Positions 43,733 through 53,946 of a stretch of 64,000 bases of DNA are shown here, piece by piece; position 1 is the stretch's first letter; every line of letters begins with the position of its first letter. Made by a program: the position numbers and the translations under genes. The notes beneath the pieces were generated by a model, which saw only the letters and a list, made by a program, of their open reading frames with translations, did no database searches and had not been told where the DNA came from. Origin of the DNA: Acidobacteriota bacterium (GTDB taxonomy: Bacteria > Acidobacteriota > UBA890); contig OZ244217.1 in the NCBI GenBank assembly GCA_965216935.1, positions 3,597,565 through 3,661,564 of the forward strand, given 5' to 3'.

Positions 43733-45802
43733 ATGCTCTTCTCCGCCAATTGGCTGGCACGCTACGTCGACACACCGAGCTCCGTCGAGGAGCTCGGTGA
43801 GGTCCTGACGCGCTGCGGCATGGTGGTCGACGCTAGCCGATCGTCCGGCGACGACACCGTGTTCGACCTCGACATCCCCTCGAACCGGGTCGACGCAATG
43901 AACCACTTCGGCGTCGCCCGGGAGATCGCTACGGCGCTGCGCACCAGCCTCGGCGAGCCGGATACCAGCGCGCCCGAGGCCGCGACACCGATCGGGGACC
44001 TGACTTCGGTCACCATCGAAGACCTGGAAGGCTGCCCCCGCTACGCCGCCCGTCTGATCCGTGACGTCCGGGTGGCCCCCTCGCCGCCCTGGATGGTCAA
44101 GCTTCTCGAAGCCATCGGGCTGCGACCACTGAACAACGTCGCCGACATCACCAACTTCGTCCTCTGGGAGCTCGGACACCCGCTGCATGCGTTCGATTTC
44201 GACCGTCTGTCGGGCCGCCGGATCGTCGTGCGCCGGGCCCGCGAGGGCGAATCTCTCGAGACGCTCGACGGTGTCGAGCGCGAGTTGGCGACCTCTGACG
44301 TGATTATCGCCGACGACGCACGTCCGGTAGCCGTGGCCGGAATCATGGGCGGGAACGATACGGCAATCTCCGATCTTTCGACCAACGTCCTGTTGGAAGG
44401 CGCGTGGTTCGATCCCGCTGCGGTACGGGCAACGGCACAGCGCCTCAACCTGCACACCGACGCAAGCCATCGCTTCGAGCGCACCCCGGCGCGTGACGGC
44501 ATGCTGCGGGCGCTCGATCGCGCCGCCACCCTGATCATCGAGCTCGCCGGGGGCGAGTTGGCCGCCGGAACCATCGACGAGAAGGGCCCGCTCCCGGAAC
44601 CGGTAGCGACCGAGCTGCGTGCGGCGCGCCTCGCCGGAATCCTCGGGATCGAGGTCGGGGCCGAGGATGTCGAGGATATTCTCGAGCGGTTGGGCTTCCG
44701 GGTCTTGGCCCGGGAAGGCGGGTTCGAGGTCCAGGTCCCGACCTATCGTCCCGACGTCACCCGTGAAGAGGACCTGATCGAGGAAGTCGGGCGGCACGTC
44801 GGGTACGATCGCCTGCCGGCAACCTTACCGGTGATCCCGGCATCCGAGGAGGCCGGCACCCCCGAGGTTCTCGGCGAGCAGCGCCTCAAGCGCCGCCTTT
44901 CCGCCGCCGGCTGCTACGAAGCGATGTCGAGCTCCTTGAGCTCGGAGTCCGAGCAGCGCCCGTTCCTGGACGACACCGACGAGCTCGTCCGCATCGGCAA
45001 TCCGATCTCCGAGGGCTTCGCGGTGTTGCGTGCGCACCTGATTCCGGGCCTGCTCAACGCCGTGGCCTTCAACATCAACCATGGGCAAACCGACCTGCGG
45101 CTGTTCGAGCTCGGACGCCGATTCGGCGGCCCGCTGACGGACGACGGTATTACCGAGCGTTGGGGGCTGGGTATCGCCATGACCGGGCGTCGCAACCGGC
45201 CGCACTGGAGCGGACAATCCTCTCCGTTGGATTTCTTCGACCTGAAGGGAACCGTGGAAGATGTCAGCCGCCAGATGGCCTGGCCGCGGTGGCACTGGGC
45301 CGCCGGCCAGCGCGCCGGACTGGATCCGGCCGCAACCGCGCTGCTGCACGCCGGGGGCGACGGTTCCCCGGCGGCGAGCGGATGGGCCGGCAGGTTGGAC
45401 CCGGCCGCGGCGGCGGCGTTCGGCATCGAGGCGGACGTCTGGGTCGCCGAGCTCGATATCGAGGAGCTCCTGGCGCAGCCACATCCCACTGCCCGCCACC
45501 AGCCGATATCACGCTTCCCGGGTGGGACCCGCGATGTAGCGCTCGTCTTGCCGCAAGACGTTCGATTCGGCGATCTGCGGGATACTGCGCGCGCCACGGC
45601 AGCGGATCAGGGGCTGCCGCTCGCGACGCTGACGTTGGTCGAGGTCTACGTCGGTGAAGAGATTCCCCCGGACGCGCGCGGCCTGACGCTGCGATTCGGC
45701 TTTCGCGCCGACGATCGCACCCTGACTGCCGACGAGATCGACGCGGCCCAACGAGCCCTCGTCGGCGCGTTGACTACGGCTCACGACGCCCGCCAACGCT
45801 GA
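43733..45802 (+). CDS. pheT: phenylalanine--tRNA ligase beta subunit
   Basis: B3/4, B5 and anticodon-binding domain order. 689 aa, directly after pheS. Confidence 0.9.
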   Translation: MLFSANWLARYVDTPSSVEELGEVLTRCGMVVDASRSSGDDTVFDLDIPSNRVDAMNHFGVAREIATALRTSLGEPDTSAPEAATPIGDLTSVTIEDLEGCPRYAARLIRDVRVAPSPPWMVKLLEAIGLRPLNNVADITNFVLWELGHPLHAFDFDRLSGRRIVVRRAREGESLETLDGVERELATSDVIIADDARPVAVAGIMGGNDTAISDLSTNVLLEGAWFDPAAVRATAQRLNLHTDASHRFERTPARDGMLRALDRAATLIIELAGGELAAGTIDEKGPLPEPVATELRAARLAGILGIEVGAEDVEDILERLGFRVLAREGGFEVQVPTYRPDVTREEDLIEEVGRHVGYDRLPATLPVIPASEEAGTPEVLGEQRLKRRLSAAGCYEAMSSSLSSESEQRPFLDDTDELVRIGNPISEGFAVLRAHLIPGLLNAVAFNINHGQTDLRLFELGRRFGGPLTDDGITERWGLGIAMTGRRNRPHWSGQSSPLDFFDLKGTVEDVSRQMAWPRWHWAAGQRAGLDPAATALLHAGGDGSPAASGWAGRLDPAAAAAFGIEADVWVAELDIEELLAQPHPTARHQPISRFPGGTRDVALVLPQDVRFGDLRDTARATAADQGLPLATLTLVEVYVGEEIPPDARGLTLRFGFRADDRTLTADEIDAAQRALVGALTTAHDARQR

Positions 45803-46222
45803 AACGGGCCTTCGGCCGCCTTCATCGTTGCAAAACAGCCGCGGCTCCCGCACACTAGGGTCAGTACCTGACCGAAATGATACGCACCGGCTCGCCGGTG
45901 AACTGACCAACAAAAGCTATAGCCCCTCGATGAACGGGAGGGAGAAGAACTCGAACCGGGTCCGGAAGTTGCCGACGCTCCGGATCTTCTTCAACGCCGA
46001 AAACCTTACCGTCGGCACCAAATCCACGACGAGAGCAAGCAGATCGCGAATATTGCATGGTTACGGTGACTTCATACCGTTTCTACACCGAGGGGGCTCG
46101 CTAGCCTAGGCGTCCGCGTCCCCCCGCTGCGCGCTGCAACATCTCCCGTCGCTTTCGGCGACCGGTTCGGCGGCTACGTGTGTCGCCCCCCTTCTCCCCC
46201 TCGTGACCGAGGCTGACAGGGG

Positions 46223-47860
46223 GTGATCATGCACGGCACCAGCATCACCGGCACCCTCGGCCTCGGCCTCCTGGCGCAAGCCGGTATCTCGCCGACCACC
46301 ACGACCACCGCTGTTGCACTCGGTGTTCTCGTCGGCGGCTCGATCCTCATCGTCGTCTGGTTCCTGACCCGACGGCGCTTCGCTGATCGCTTGCTGAGCG
46401 ACGCGAAACAGAAGGTCGATGATCTGGCCCGCGACAGCAAGAAAGAGGCCGACGGCCTGCTCAAGGAGGCCAAGATCGAAGCACGCGAAGAGCACCTTCG
46501 CGCCCGCCAAGCGTTCGAGGACGAGAGTCGCGATCGACGTCGTGAGCTGTCGAAGCTCGAGCGCCGCATCGCCCGGCGAGAGGAGAAGCTCGAGCGACGG
46601 ACCAGCGCCTTCGAAGACCGCGAGAAGGAGCTCTCACGCCTCGAACGTGAGCTCCGCCGAAAGGTCGAACGGGTGGAGTTTCTCGAAAAGGACGCCAACC
46701 AGAAGCGCACCGACGCCGTCGCCCGCCTGGAGAGGATTGCCGGGCAGACTTCCGAACAGGCGCGGCACGCGCTGTTGCAGATGATGCAGCGGGACGCCCG
46801 CGAGGAAGCTGCCTCGCTGGTCCGACGCATCGAGTCGGACGCCAAGGCGACGGCTCGCAAGAAGGCGGAGCAAGTCATCGCCCTGGCGATCCAGCGGGCG
46901 GCGAGCAATCATGTCGCCGAGCACACCGTATCGGTCGTGGAGCTCCCCTCGGACGACATGAAAGGGCGGGTCATCGGCCGCGAAGGGCGCAACATTCGCG
47001 CATTCGAGATGATCACCGGCGTCAACCTGATCGTCGACGACACACCCGAGGCGGTACTGATCTCCACCTTCGACCCTCTCCGGAGGGAGGTCGCGCGGCT
47101 GGCCCTCGAGCAGCTCGTCAGCGACGGGCGCATTCACCCGGCCAGGATCGAGGAGGTCGTCGAGCGCATCCGGGCGGACATCGACGAGCAGATCCGTCAG
47201 GACGGAACCGATGCGGCGCACGACCTCGGGATACACGGCCTGCACGACGAGCTCATCCGGCTGCTGGGCACGCTGCGTTTCCGCACCTCGTACGGACAGA
47301 ACGTGCTCAAGCACTCCATCGAAGTGGCAACCATCGCCGGCATCCTCGCCGCCGAGATCGGTGCCGACCCGCAGGTCGCTCGACGGGCCGGTCTTTTGCA
47401 CGACATCGGCAAAGCCATCGACCACGAGGTCGAGGGGACCCACCTGACGATCGGTATCGACCTCTTGCGGCGGTATGGAGAAGCGGAATCGGTAATCCAC
47501 GGGATGGAGGCGCATCACTTCGACGTCGAGCCGAAGACGGTGGAGGCCGTGCTGGTGCAAGCGGCCGACGCGCTGTCCGCGGCGCGTCCCGGCGCCCGCC
47601 GGGACATGCTCGAAACGTACGTCAAGCGGCTGCAAAAGCTCGAGGAGATCGCCGACGCCTTCAACGGCGTCTCCAAGGCGTACGCCATCCAAGCCGGCCG
47701 CGAGCTGCGCATCATCGTCGAATCCGACCAGGTCAGCGACAACGAAGCGGTCTGGCTGTCGAAGGACATCGCCAAGCGGATCGAGAAAGAGGTCCAGTAC
47801 CCGGGGGAAATCAAGGTCACCGTGATTCGAGAGACCCGCGCCGTCGGGTTCGCTCGATGA
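46223..47860 (+). CDS. rny: ribonuclease Y
   Basis: N-terminal TM, a coiled-coil region, a KH domain (VIGREGRNIRAFE) and an HD domain (HSIEVA...HDIGK). Confidence 0.85.
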   Translation: MIMHGTSITGTLGLGLLAQAGISPTTTTTAVALGVLVGGSILIVVWFLTRRRFADRLLSDAKQKVDDLARDSKKEADGLLKEAKIEAREEHLRARQAFEDESRDRRRELSKLERRIARREEKLERRTSAFEDREKELSRLERELRRKVERVEFLEKDANQKRTDAVARLERIAGQTSEQARHALLQMMQRDAREEAASLVRRIESDAKATARKKAEQVIALAIQRAASNHVAEHTVSVVELPSDDMKGRVIGREGRNIRAFEMITGVNLIVDDTPEAVLISTFDPLRREVARLALEQLVSDGRIHPARIEEVVERIRADIDEQIRQDGTDAAHDLGIHGLHDELIRLLGTLRFRTSYGQNVLKHSIEVATIAGILAAEIGADPQVARRAGLLHDIGKAIDHEVEGTHLTIGIDLLRRYGEAESVIHGMEAHHFDVEPKTVEAVLVQAADALSAARPGARRDMLETYVKRLQKLEEIADAFNGVSKAYAIQAGRELRIIVESDQVSDNEAVWLSKDIAKRIEKEVQYPGEIKVTVIRETRAVGFAR

Positions 47861-48696
47861 GGCTGCTGTTCATCGGCGACGTTGTCGGCAAACCCGGCCG
47901 GCGTGTTCTCGAGGCCCGCCTCGGGGACATACAGGCAAGCCGCGATGTCGACTTCACCATCGTCAACGCGGAGAACATCGCTGCCGGCCGCGGCATCACC
48001 CCGACGCTGGCCGACGACCTGCTCGCCATGGGCGTCGACGTGCTGACCACCGGGAACCACATCTGGGCACAGCGCGGCATCGACACCTACCTGGACAACG
48101 AGCCCCGCCTCCTCAGGCCGAGCAACTACCCGCCCGGAAGCCCGGGCACCGGCGTATTCCACGGCCGCGGCCGCAACGGCAGGGCCGTCATCGTCGTCAA
48201 TTTGCAGGGGCGCGTGTTCATGCCGCCGATCGATTGCCCGTTTCGCGCCCTCGACGAGATCCTCGCCGAGATCGCCGATCCGAGCGCGGTCGTGTTGGTG
48301 GATTTCCACGCCGAAGCGACGTCCGAGAAGCTCGGCATGGGATGGTACGCCGACGGCCGGGTGAGCGCCGTGCTCGGCACCCATACCCACGTCCCGACGG
48401 CCGACGCCCGCCTGCTGCCGGCGGGGACGGCCTACTGCACGGACGTGGGCATGACCGGCCCGTACGATTCCGTCATCGGAACCCGCCCGGACCTGGCTCT
48501 CAATCGTTTCCTCACGGCTCGACCGACCCGCTTCCAGGTCGCCAACAGCAATGCTCGTGTCGCCGGCGCCGTCGTCGATGTCGATGTCGACACCGGTCGG
48601 GCGACCGCGATCGAGGCGTTCCTCGATCCACCCGGCCCACTGCACACCCGCCAGGGCGAGGATCACGACGTAGCCGGACGTATCTTCGACACGTGA
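47857..48696 (+). CDS. ymdB: YmdB-family metallophosphoesterase (TIGR00282)
   Basis: MRLLFIGDVVGKPGR...TIVNAENIAAGRGITP...TTGNHIW in the conserved rny-ymdB arrangement. The overlap with rny is ATGA. Confidence 0.8.
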   Translation: MRLLFIGDVVGKPGRRVLEARLGDIQASRDVDFTIVNAENIAAGRGITPTLADDLLAMGVDVLTTGNHIWAQRGIDTYLDNEPRLLRPSNYPPGSPGTGVFHGRGRNGRAVIVVNLQGRVFMPPIDCPFRALDEILAEIADPSAVVLVDFHAEATSEKLGMGWYADGRVSAVLGTHTHVPTADARLLPAGTAYCTDVGMTGPYDSVIGTRPDLALNRFLTARPTRFQVANSNARVAGAVVDVDVDTGRATAIEAFLDPPGPLHTRQGEDHDVAGRIFDT

Positions 48697-50066
48697 GTTC
48701 CGCCGGAGAGGATACGCGCGAGATCTGGTCGGTAAGCCGATTCGTCGGTATGTCTCGCGATCTCCTGGTCGACGCCATGCCTTTCGTCTGGGTGCGCGGT
48801 GAGATCAGTGGGTTCTCCGCACCCTCGAGCGGACATTGGTATTTCGACCTCAAGGACGAGCATGCCCTGGTGCCGGTGGCGATGTTCAGCCGCGCGAACA
48901 GCCAGGTTCCGTTCGAGGTGGAAGCCGGGATGGAGATCATCGTCGGCGGCGAGGTGACGATCTATCCGGTGCGCGGGAAATTCCAGATTGTCGCCGAGAT
49001 GCTCGAGCCGGTCGGCTGGGGGGCGATGCAACTTGCCTTCGAGCAGCTCCGGGCCCGGCTCGCAGAGGAGGGCCTCTTCGATGCCGACCGAAAGCGGCCT
49101 CTCCCTCTTCTGCCGACGACCATCGGCGTGGTCACCTCCCCTACCGGCGCGGCGTGGCGCGACATGTGCCGCGTCTGGCACAACAACCAGGTACCGATTC
49201 GCGCCGTCCTCTCCCCTGCCCGCGTCCAGGGAGCGGGGGCTGCCGAACAGATCGTCGCGGCGATCGAGCGCCTCAACGCTAATGGCGAAGCCGACGTGAT
49301 CATCGTCGGTCGTGGGGGTGGCTCGCGCGAGGACCTGTGGGCCTTCAACGAGGAGCCTGTCGCCCGCGCCATCGCCGCTTCCGCGATTCCTGTCGTTTCG
49401 GCGGTCGGCCACGAGATCGACCAGACCATCGCAGACTTCGTCGCCGACCGCCTGTCGGCGACCCCGACGGCGGCGGCGGAACTGGTCGCGGCCAGCCGCA
49501 AGACCCTCGTGGCACGGCTCGACAGTGCCTGGCGCCGGACGGAAGCGGAGATCGCCCAACGCCTGCTCCGGAGCCGTTCGCGCCTGCAGGAACCGCGGCT
49601 GCAGCGCAACCTCCGCCAACCCGCTCGACTCCTCCAGGTTTATCGGCAGCGACTGGACGACACCTTCGCACCGTTGCGGCGACAGATCGATCGTCGCCTT
49701 GCCAGGCACCGCCAGACCCTGGACGGGGCGGCGCGGTTGCTGAGCGCACGGAACCCGGCGGCACTGGCTCTGCGACGCCGGCAGCGGGCGGACAACGCCG
49801 CACGCAGGGTGGAGAACGCCGCGAAAACCGTCCTCGCCGACCGCAAGGCACGCCTGCAGGCTGCGGTCGCCCGTATCGATGCGCTCAGCCCGCTTGCCGT
49901 CCTCGGCCGCGGTTATTCGATTTGCGAGCGGGCCGAGGACGACCGGATCGTCCGCCGAGGCGCCGACGTCGCTCCGGGTGAGGCAGTCCGCGTGCGCCTT
50001 GCCCGCGACGTGATCGATTGCACCGTGGACGCTGTCCGCGAGGGCACGGAGGGGCGCGGAGTGTGA
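48693..50066 (+). CDS. xseA: exodeoxyribonuclease VII large subunit, GTG start overlapping ymdB stop
   Basis: N-terminal OB fold ...IWSVSRFVGMSRDLLVDAMPFVWVRGEISGFSAPSSGHWYFDLKD, then a catalytic and coiled-coil C-terminus. The 610-aa ORF-track version is an upstream artefact. Confidence 0.85.
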   Translation: MSSAGEDTREIWSVSRFVGMSRDLLVDAMPFVWVRGEISGFSAPSSGHWYFDLKDEHALVPVAMFSRANSQVPFEVEAGMEIIVGGEVTIYPVRGKFQIVAEMLEPVGWGAMQLAFEQLRARLAEEGLFDADRKRPLPLLPTTIGVVTSPTGAAWRDMCRVWHNNQVPIRAVLSPARVQGAGAAEQIVAAIERLNANGEADVIIVGRGGGSREDLWAFNEEPVARAIAASAIPVVSAVGHEIDQTIADFVADRLSATPTAAAELVAASRKTLVARLDSAWRRTEAEIAQRLLRSRSRLQEPRLQRNLRQPARLLQVYRQRLDDTFAPLRRQIDRRLARHRQTLDGAARLLSARNPAALALRRRQRADNAARRVENAAKTVLADRKARLQAAVARIDALSPLAVLGRGYSICERAEDDRIVRRGADVAPGEAVRVRLARDVIDCTVDAVREGTEGRGV

Positions 50067-50081
50067 GAAAATCCCGAACCG

Positions 50082-50378
50082 ATGAGCAAGCCTGAAGACA
50101 CGCAGACCGATCAAGAGACGCTCGCCTTCGGCGACGAGGACCTCACCTTCGACGCCGCGCTCGACAAGCTCGAAGAGTTGGCGGCGCAGCTCGAAGAGGG
50201 CGACGTGCCGCTGGAGAAGGCCCTGGAGGTCTACGAGGCCGCGGTGCACCTGTTCGCCTTCTGTCGCGGCCGCCTCGACGGAATGGAACAGCGGATCGAA
50301 CAACTCTCCGAGACCCTCGACGGCACGCTCTCGGTCGGACCCGCACCGATGCTGGCGGACGACCCCGAGAATGGATAG
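50082..50378 (+). CDS. xseB: exodeoxyribonuclease VII small subunit
   Basis: FDAALDKLEELAAQLEEGDVPLEKALEVYEAAVHLFAFCRGRLD. Confidence 0.85.
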   Translation: MSKPEDTQTDQETLAFGDEDLTFDAALDKLEELAAQLEEGDVPLEKALEVYEAAVHLFAFCRGRLDGMEQRIEQLSETLDGTLSVGPAPMLADDPENG

Positions 50379-51297
50379 CCCGGAATCCCCGTCGGAAGTG
50401 CCCCCGACTGCCTCGGCCGAGGTGCTCTTTGCCGGCTACCGCGCCCGCATCGACGACGCCTTGGAGAGCGTGCTGCCGCCGGACAGCGAGCCGCCCGCCG
50501 GGCTACACGCCTCGATGCGCTATTCGGTCTTCGCCGGCGGCAAGCGCCTCCGGCCGATTCTCGTGCTCGCCGCCGGCCGCGCCTGCGGCGGTGACTTCGA
50601 CGCCCTGCTTCCGGCTGCTTGCGCCGTCGAGCTGCTGCACACCTATTCGCTCATCCATGACGACCTGCCGGCGTTCGACGACGACGACCTGCGCCGCGGT
50701 GTGCCGACGAACCACGTGGTGTTCGGCGAGGCTCAGGCGATCCTGGCCGGCGACGCGCTTCAAACGCTGGCCTTCACTGTCATGGCGGAGGCGGCGCGGG
50801 CGTCGGACGCCCCATCGGCCTGGACGGCCGCGATATCGGAGCTCGGCTCCGCCGCCGGCAGTTTCGGTATGGCCGGTGGCCAATGGCTCGACGTCGAGGC
50901 CGAAGGCAACCAGCTCGACCGCGCCGCGCTCGAAACGATGCATGCGGCCAAGACGGGTGCTCTTCTTGCCGCCTGCGTCCGCATCGGCGGCTTGCTCGCC
51001 GCCGCCGGCGCCGACGAGCTCGAGCGCCTCGGGGCCTACGGCAAGGCGATCGGCTTGGCGTTCCAAATCGTGGACGACATCCTGGATGTGGAGGGCTCGG
51101 TCGAATCGCTGGGGAAGACGCCCGGTGTCGACGCCGATCGGGGCAAGCCGACCTACCCCGCCTTGCTCGGAATGGACGAGGCGCGGGCCACGGCCGAGGG
51201 CCTTCGGCGGGTGGCACACGAGAGCATCGCTCCGCTGGGCGAGGCCGCACATCCGCTTCGGGCGATTGCCGATTTCGTCATCGATCGCGGCCGGTGA
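50371..51297 (+). CDS. ispA: polyprenyl synthetase (farnesyl/geranylgeranyl diphosphate synthase)
   Basis: First DDxxD LIHDDLPAFDDDDLRRG and second FQIVDDILD. Confidence 0.8.
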   Translation: MDSPESPSEVPPTASAEVLFAGYRARIDDALESVLPPDSEPPAGLHASMRYSVFAGGKRLRPILVLAAGRACGGDFDALLPAACAVELLHTYSLIHDDLPAFDDDDLRRGVPTNHVVFGEAQAILAGDALQTLAFTVMAEAARASDAPSAWTAAISELGSAAGSFGMAGGQWLDVEAEGNQLDRAALETMHAAKTGALLAACVRIGGLLAAAGADELERLGAYGKAIGLAFQIVDDILDVEGSVESLGKTPGVDADRGKPTYPALLGMDEARATAEGLRRVAHESIAPLGEAAHPLRAIADFVIDRGR

Positions 51298-52097
51298 CCT
51301 CGGCACGCCGGCGCCTCGACCAGGCTCTGGTCGAGCGCGAGCTCGCCCCCACGCGTAGCCGGGCAAGAGCCCTGATCATGGCGGGGCAGGTCCGCGTCGC
51401 CGGGCACACGGCGTCCAAGCCCGGCACCCTGGTCGACGCGGGTGTCGCGATCGAAGTCGCGACGCCACCTCGCTTCGTCAGCCGGGGCGGCGACAAGCTC
51501 GATACCGCGTTGAGCGTCGCCGGCCTCGACGTGGCGGGTCGGACATGCATCGACATCGGCGCCTCCACCGGAGGATTCACGGATTGCCTGCTGCAAGCCG
51601 GAGCGGCCTGCGTGGTCGCCGTCGACGTCGGCTACGGCCAGCTCGACTACCGATTACGGAGCGACCGACGCGTCCATGTGCTCGAACGGGTCAACGCACG
51701 CTATCTCACCCCGGCCGATCTGCCGGCCGGCGTCTGCCCGCCGACGCTGCTGGTCATCGACGTCGCGTTCATCAGCGCAGCCAAAGTGCTTCCGGCCGCG
51801 ACCGACGTATGCGCCGAGGCGGCCGATGCGCTGGTTCTGGTAAAGCCGCAGTTCGAGTGCGGCCCGGAGCAAGTCGGTACCGGCGGCGTTGTGACCTCGT
51901 CGCGGGCGCGCGAGGAGGCTCTGCATCAGGTGGCAGCCGCCGCGGTGGCCTGCTCCTGGGGTATCCTGCGCGCGATCCCCAGCCCGATACGCGGCCCGGC
52001 CGGCAACTGGGAATGTTTTCTGCAGCTGTCTCGTCCCCCCGCGGGACCGGAGTTTGCTAGCCTCGACACTGCGGCAATCGACATCCCGGAAGGCTGA
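51294..52097 (+). CDS. tlyA: TlyA-family rRNA 2'-O-methyltransferase (hemolysin A-like), GTG start overlapping ispA stop
   Basis: S4 domain RRLDQALVERELAPTRSRARALIMAGQVRV and methyltransferase DIGASTGGFTDCLLQAGA. The 404-aa ORF-track version is an overlap artefact. Confidence 0.8.
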   Translation: MTSARRRLDQALVERELAPTRSRARALIMAGQVRVAGHTASKPGTLVDAGVAIEVATPPRFVSRGGDKLDTALSVAGLDVAGRTCIDIGASTGGFTDCLLQAGAACVVAVDVGYGQLDYRLRSDRRVHVLERVNARYLTPADLPAGVCPPTLLVIDVAFISAAKVLPAATDVCAEAADALVLVKPQFECGPEQVGTGGVVTSSRAREEALHQVAAAAVACSWGILRAIPSPIRGPAGNWECFLQLSRPPAGPEFASLDTAAIDIPEG

Positions 52098-52106
52098 GGA
52101 GACCCG

Positions 52107-53000
52107 ATGAACGACGTTCCCGAGAGCACCGCGTTCCGCCGTGTCGGCCTGGTCGCCAAGGGACACGAAGAGGACATCTCCACCGACCTGCGCCGGATCG
52201 CCGACCGGCTGACCACGCACGGCTGCGAGGTGGCCTGCGACCAATCTGCTGCCGGACTGATGAACGGCGAGGTTCGCGGCCTCGAACGCGGCGATCTGGC
52301 GAACACCGTCGACGTCATCGTCGTTCTCGGGGGCGACGGCACGCTGCTGTCGGTCGCCCGCAGCGCCGCCGCGGCCGGGGTCCCGGTAATGGGCATCAAC
52401 TACGGCAGCCTGGGCTTTCTGACCTCGACGGTTCGGGAAGAGAGCGAGCGCGCCATCGACGATCTGATCGCCGGCCGCTACGAGCGCAGCAGCCGCATGA
52501 TGCTTCGCGCCAGCGTCGAGACTGAGGACGGAGCAGCCGACCCAAACCGTGTGCGCGACGTCCTGAACGACGCCGTGGTGAACAAGACGGCTCTCGCCCG
52601 CATCGTCCGCCTGCAAGTGACGATCGACGATGCCTTCGTCTCCCGCTATCGTGCCGACGGCCTGATCGCCGCCACCCCCACGGGCTCCACCGCCTATTCG
52701 CTCGCCGCCGGCGGGCCCATCGTCTCCCCCGAAGTCGAGGCCATCGTTCTGTCCCCCATCAGCCCTCACTCGCTCGCCGACCGCCCGCTCGTGCTCCCCG
52801 GCGAGGCACGTATTCGCGTCCGCCTTCTCTCGGAGGCGCTCGACATCGTTCTGACGCTGGACGGCCAGGAAGGAATTGCGATCCACCCGGGGGAAGTCGT
52901 CGCGATCGAGCGGAGCCCGCATCGCTTCGAGCTGTTGCTCACCGGGAAGCGATCCTACTTCGAGGTGCTGCGGACGAAGCTGCGGTGGGGAGAGCAGTAG
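52107..53000 (+). CDS. nadK: NAD(+) kinase
   Basis: GGDGTLL and ATPTGSTAYSLAAGGP motifs. Confidence 0.85.
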   Translation: MNDVPESTAFRRVGLVAKGHEEDISTDLRRIADRLTTHGCEVACDQSAAGLMNGEVRGLERGDLANTVDVIVVLGGDGTLLSVARSAAAAGVPVMGINYGSLGFLTSTVREESERAIDDLIAGRYERSSRMMLRASVETEDGAADPNRVRDVLNDAVVNKTALARIVRLQVTIDDAFVSRYRADGLIAATPTGSTAYSLAAGGPIVSPEVEAIVLSPISPHSLADRPLVLPGEARIRVRLLSEALDIVLTLDGQEGIAIHPGEVVAIERSPHRFELLLTGKRSYFEVLRTKLRWGEQ

Positions 53001-53016
53001 TCCGCGGCTCGCGGAG

Positions 53017-53862
53017 TCAGTCTTGCGCCAGCTCGCCGTTGAGGCTGCCGGTTCGGTAACCCTCGAGGTCGAGGGTGACGAACGTGTAGCCGAGGTCCTT
53101 GAAGATCTCGACGAAGCTCGCCGTCATCTTCTCGTCGAGGGCACGCGGAAGTTCGGCAGGGTCGATCTCGATGCGGACGGTCGAGCCATGGTGACGAACG
53201 CGGAACTGCAGGAATCCCAGCGTGCGGAGGGCCTCTTCGCCCGCCTCGATGCGACCGAGGACGTCTTCGGTGACCTCGAGCCCGTAGGCGACGCGCGACG
53301 ACAGGCAGGCGGCCGCCGGCTTGTCCCAGGTCGGAAGTCCGAGGGCATGCGACAGCTCGCGTACGTCGCGCTTGTCGAAGCCGGCGTCCCGCAGCGGGCT
53401 GATGACACCCTGCTGCTCGCCGGCAGCGATACCCGGACGGAAATCGACCGCATCCTCGGCGTTCGTTCCGTCCAGGACCACGGCCATCCCCCGGCGGCGT
53501 GCCAAATCGCGCAGCTTGCCGTAGAGTTCGGACTTGCAGAAGAAGCAACGGTTGGCGGCGTTCTCGCGATATCCCGGATCGTCGAGCTCGGCCGTCGCAA
53601 TGACTTCGTGGGCGAGGCCGAGCTCCGCGGCGAAGGCGCGGGCGTCCTTGATCTGACTTCGCGGCACAGCGGCGCTATCCGCGGTCACCGCGACGCTTCG
53701 ATCGCCGAGCTCCAGGTGGGCAATGCAAGCAACCAGAGCGCTGTCGACGCCGCCCGAGAAGGCGACAAGAGCCGAGTCGACCGAGCCGATGGCCCGTCGC
53801 ACGTCGTCGTACTTCTGGCGGATCGGAGAGCCCCGTCGGGGTGGATGCACTAGAGTAGGCAT
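53017..53862 (-). CDS. PP-loop ATP pyrophosphatase, LarE / TIGR00268 family
   Basis: PP-loop AFSGGVDSA and CxxC-type cysteine motifs in 281 aa. Confidence 0.6.
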   Translation of the reverse strand: MPTLVHPPRRGSPIRQKYDDVRRAIGSVDSALVAFSGGVDSALVACIAHLELGDRSVAVTADSAAVPRSQIKDARAFAAELGLAHEVIATAELDDPGYRENAANRCFFCKSELYGKLRDLARRRGMAVVLDGTNAEDAVDFRPGIAAGEQQGVISPLRDAGFDKRDVRELSHALGLPTWDKPAAACLSSRVAYGLEVTEDVLGRIEAGEEALRTLGFLQFRVRHHGSTVRIEIDPAELPRALDEKMTASFVEIFKDLGYTFVTLDLEGYRTGSLNGELAQD

Positions 53863-53946
53863 GGATCAACGATGAGGGTGGAATCAGTGGACAAGCAGGT
53901 GGTGGAGCCCGGGATCGAGAGTAACAGTCGGTTCGCGCGAGCAGCA

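Noticed and set aside
48234-48692. Upstream 153-codon extension of the xseA ORF (and similar extensions of tlyA 50883.., LRR protein ..21470, mce, meaB, acd, hipB 3746..)
   Set aside because: The extensions overlap the preceding genes in another frame, have no homology, and better starts with overlap coupling or an RBS exist at conserved N-termini.
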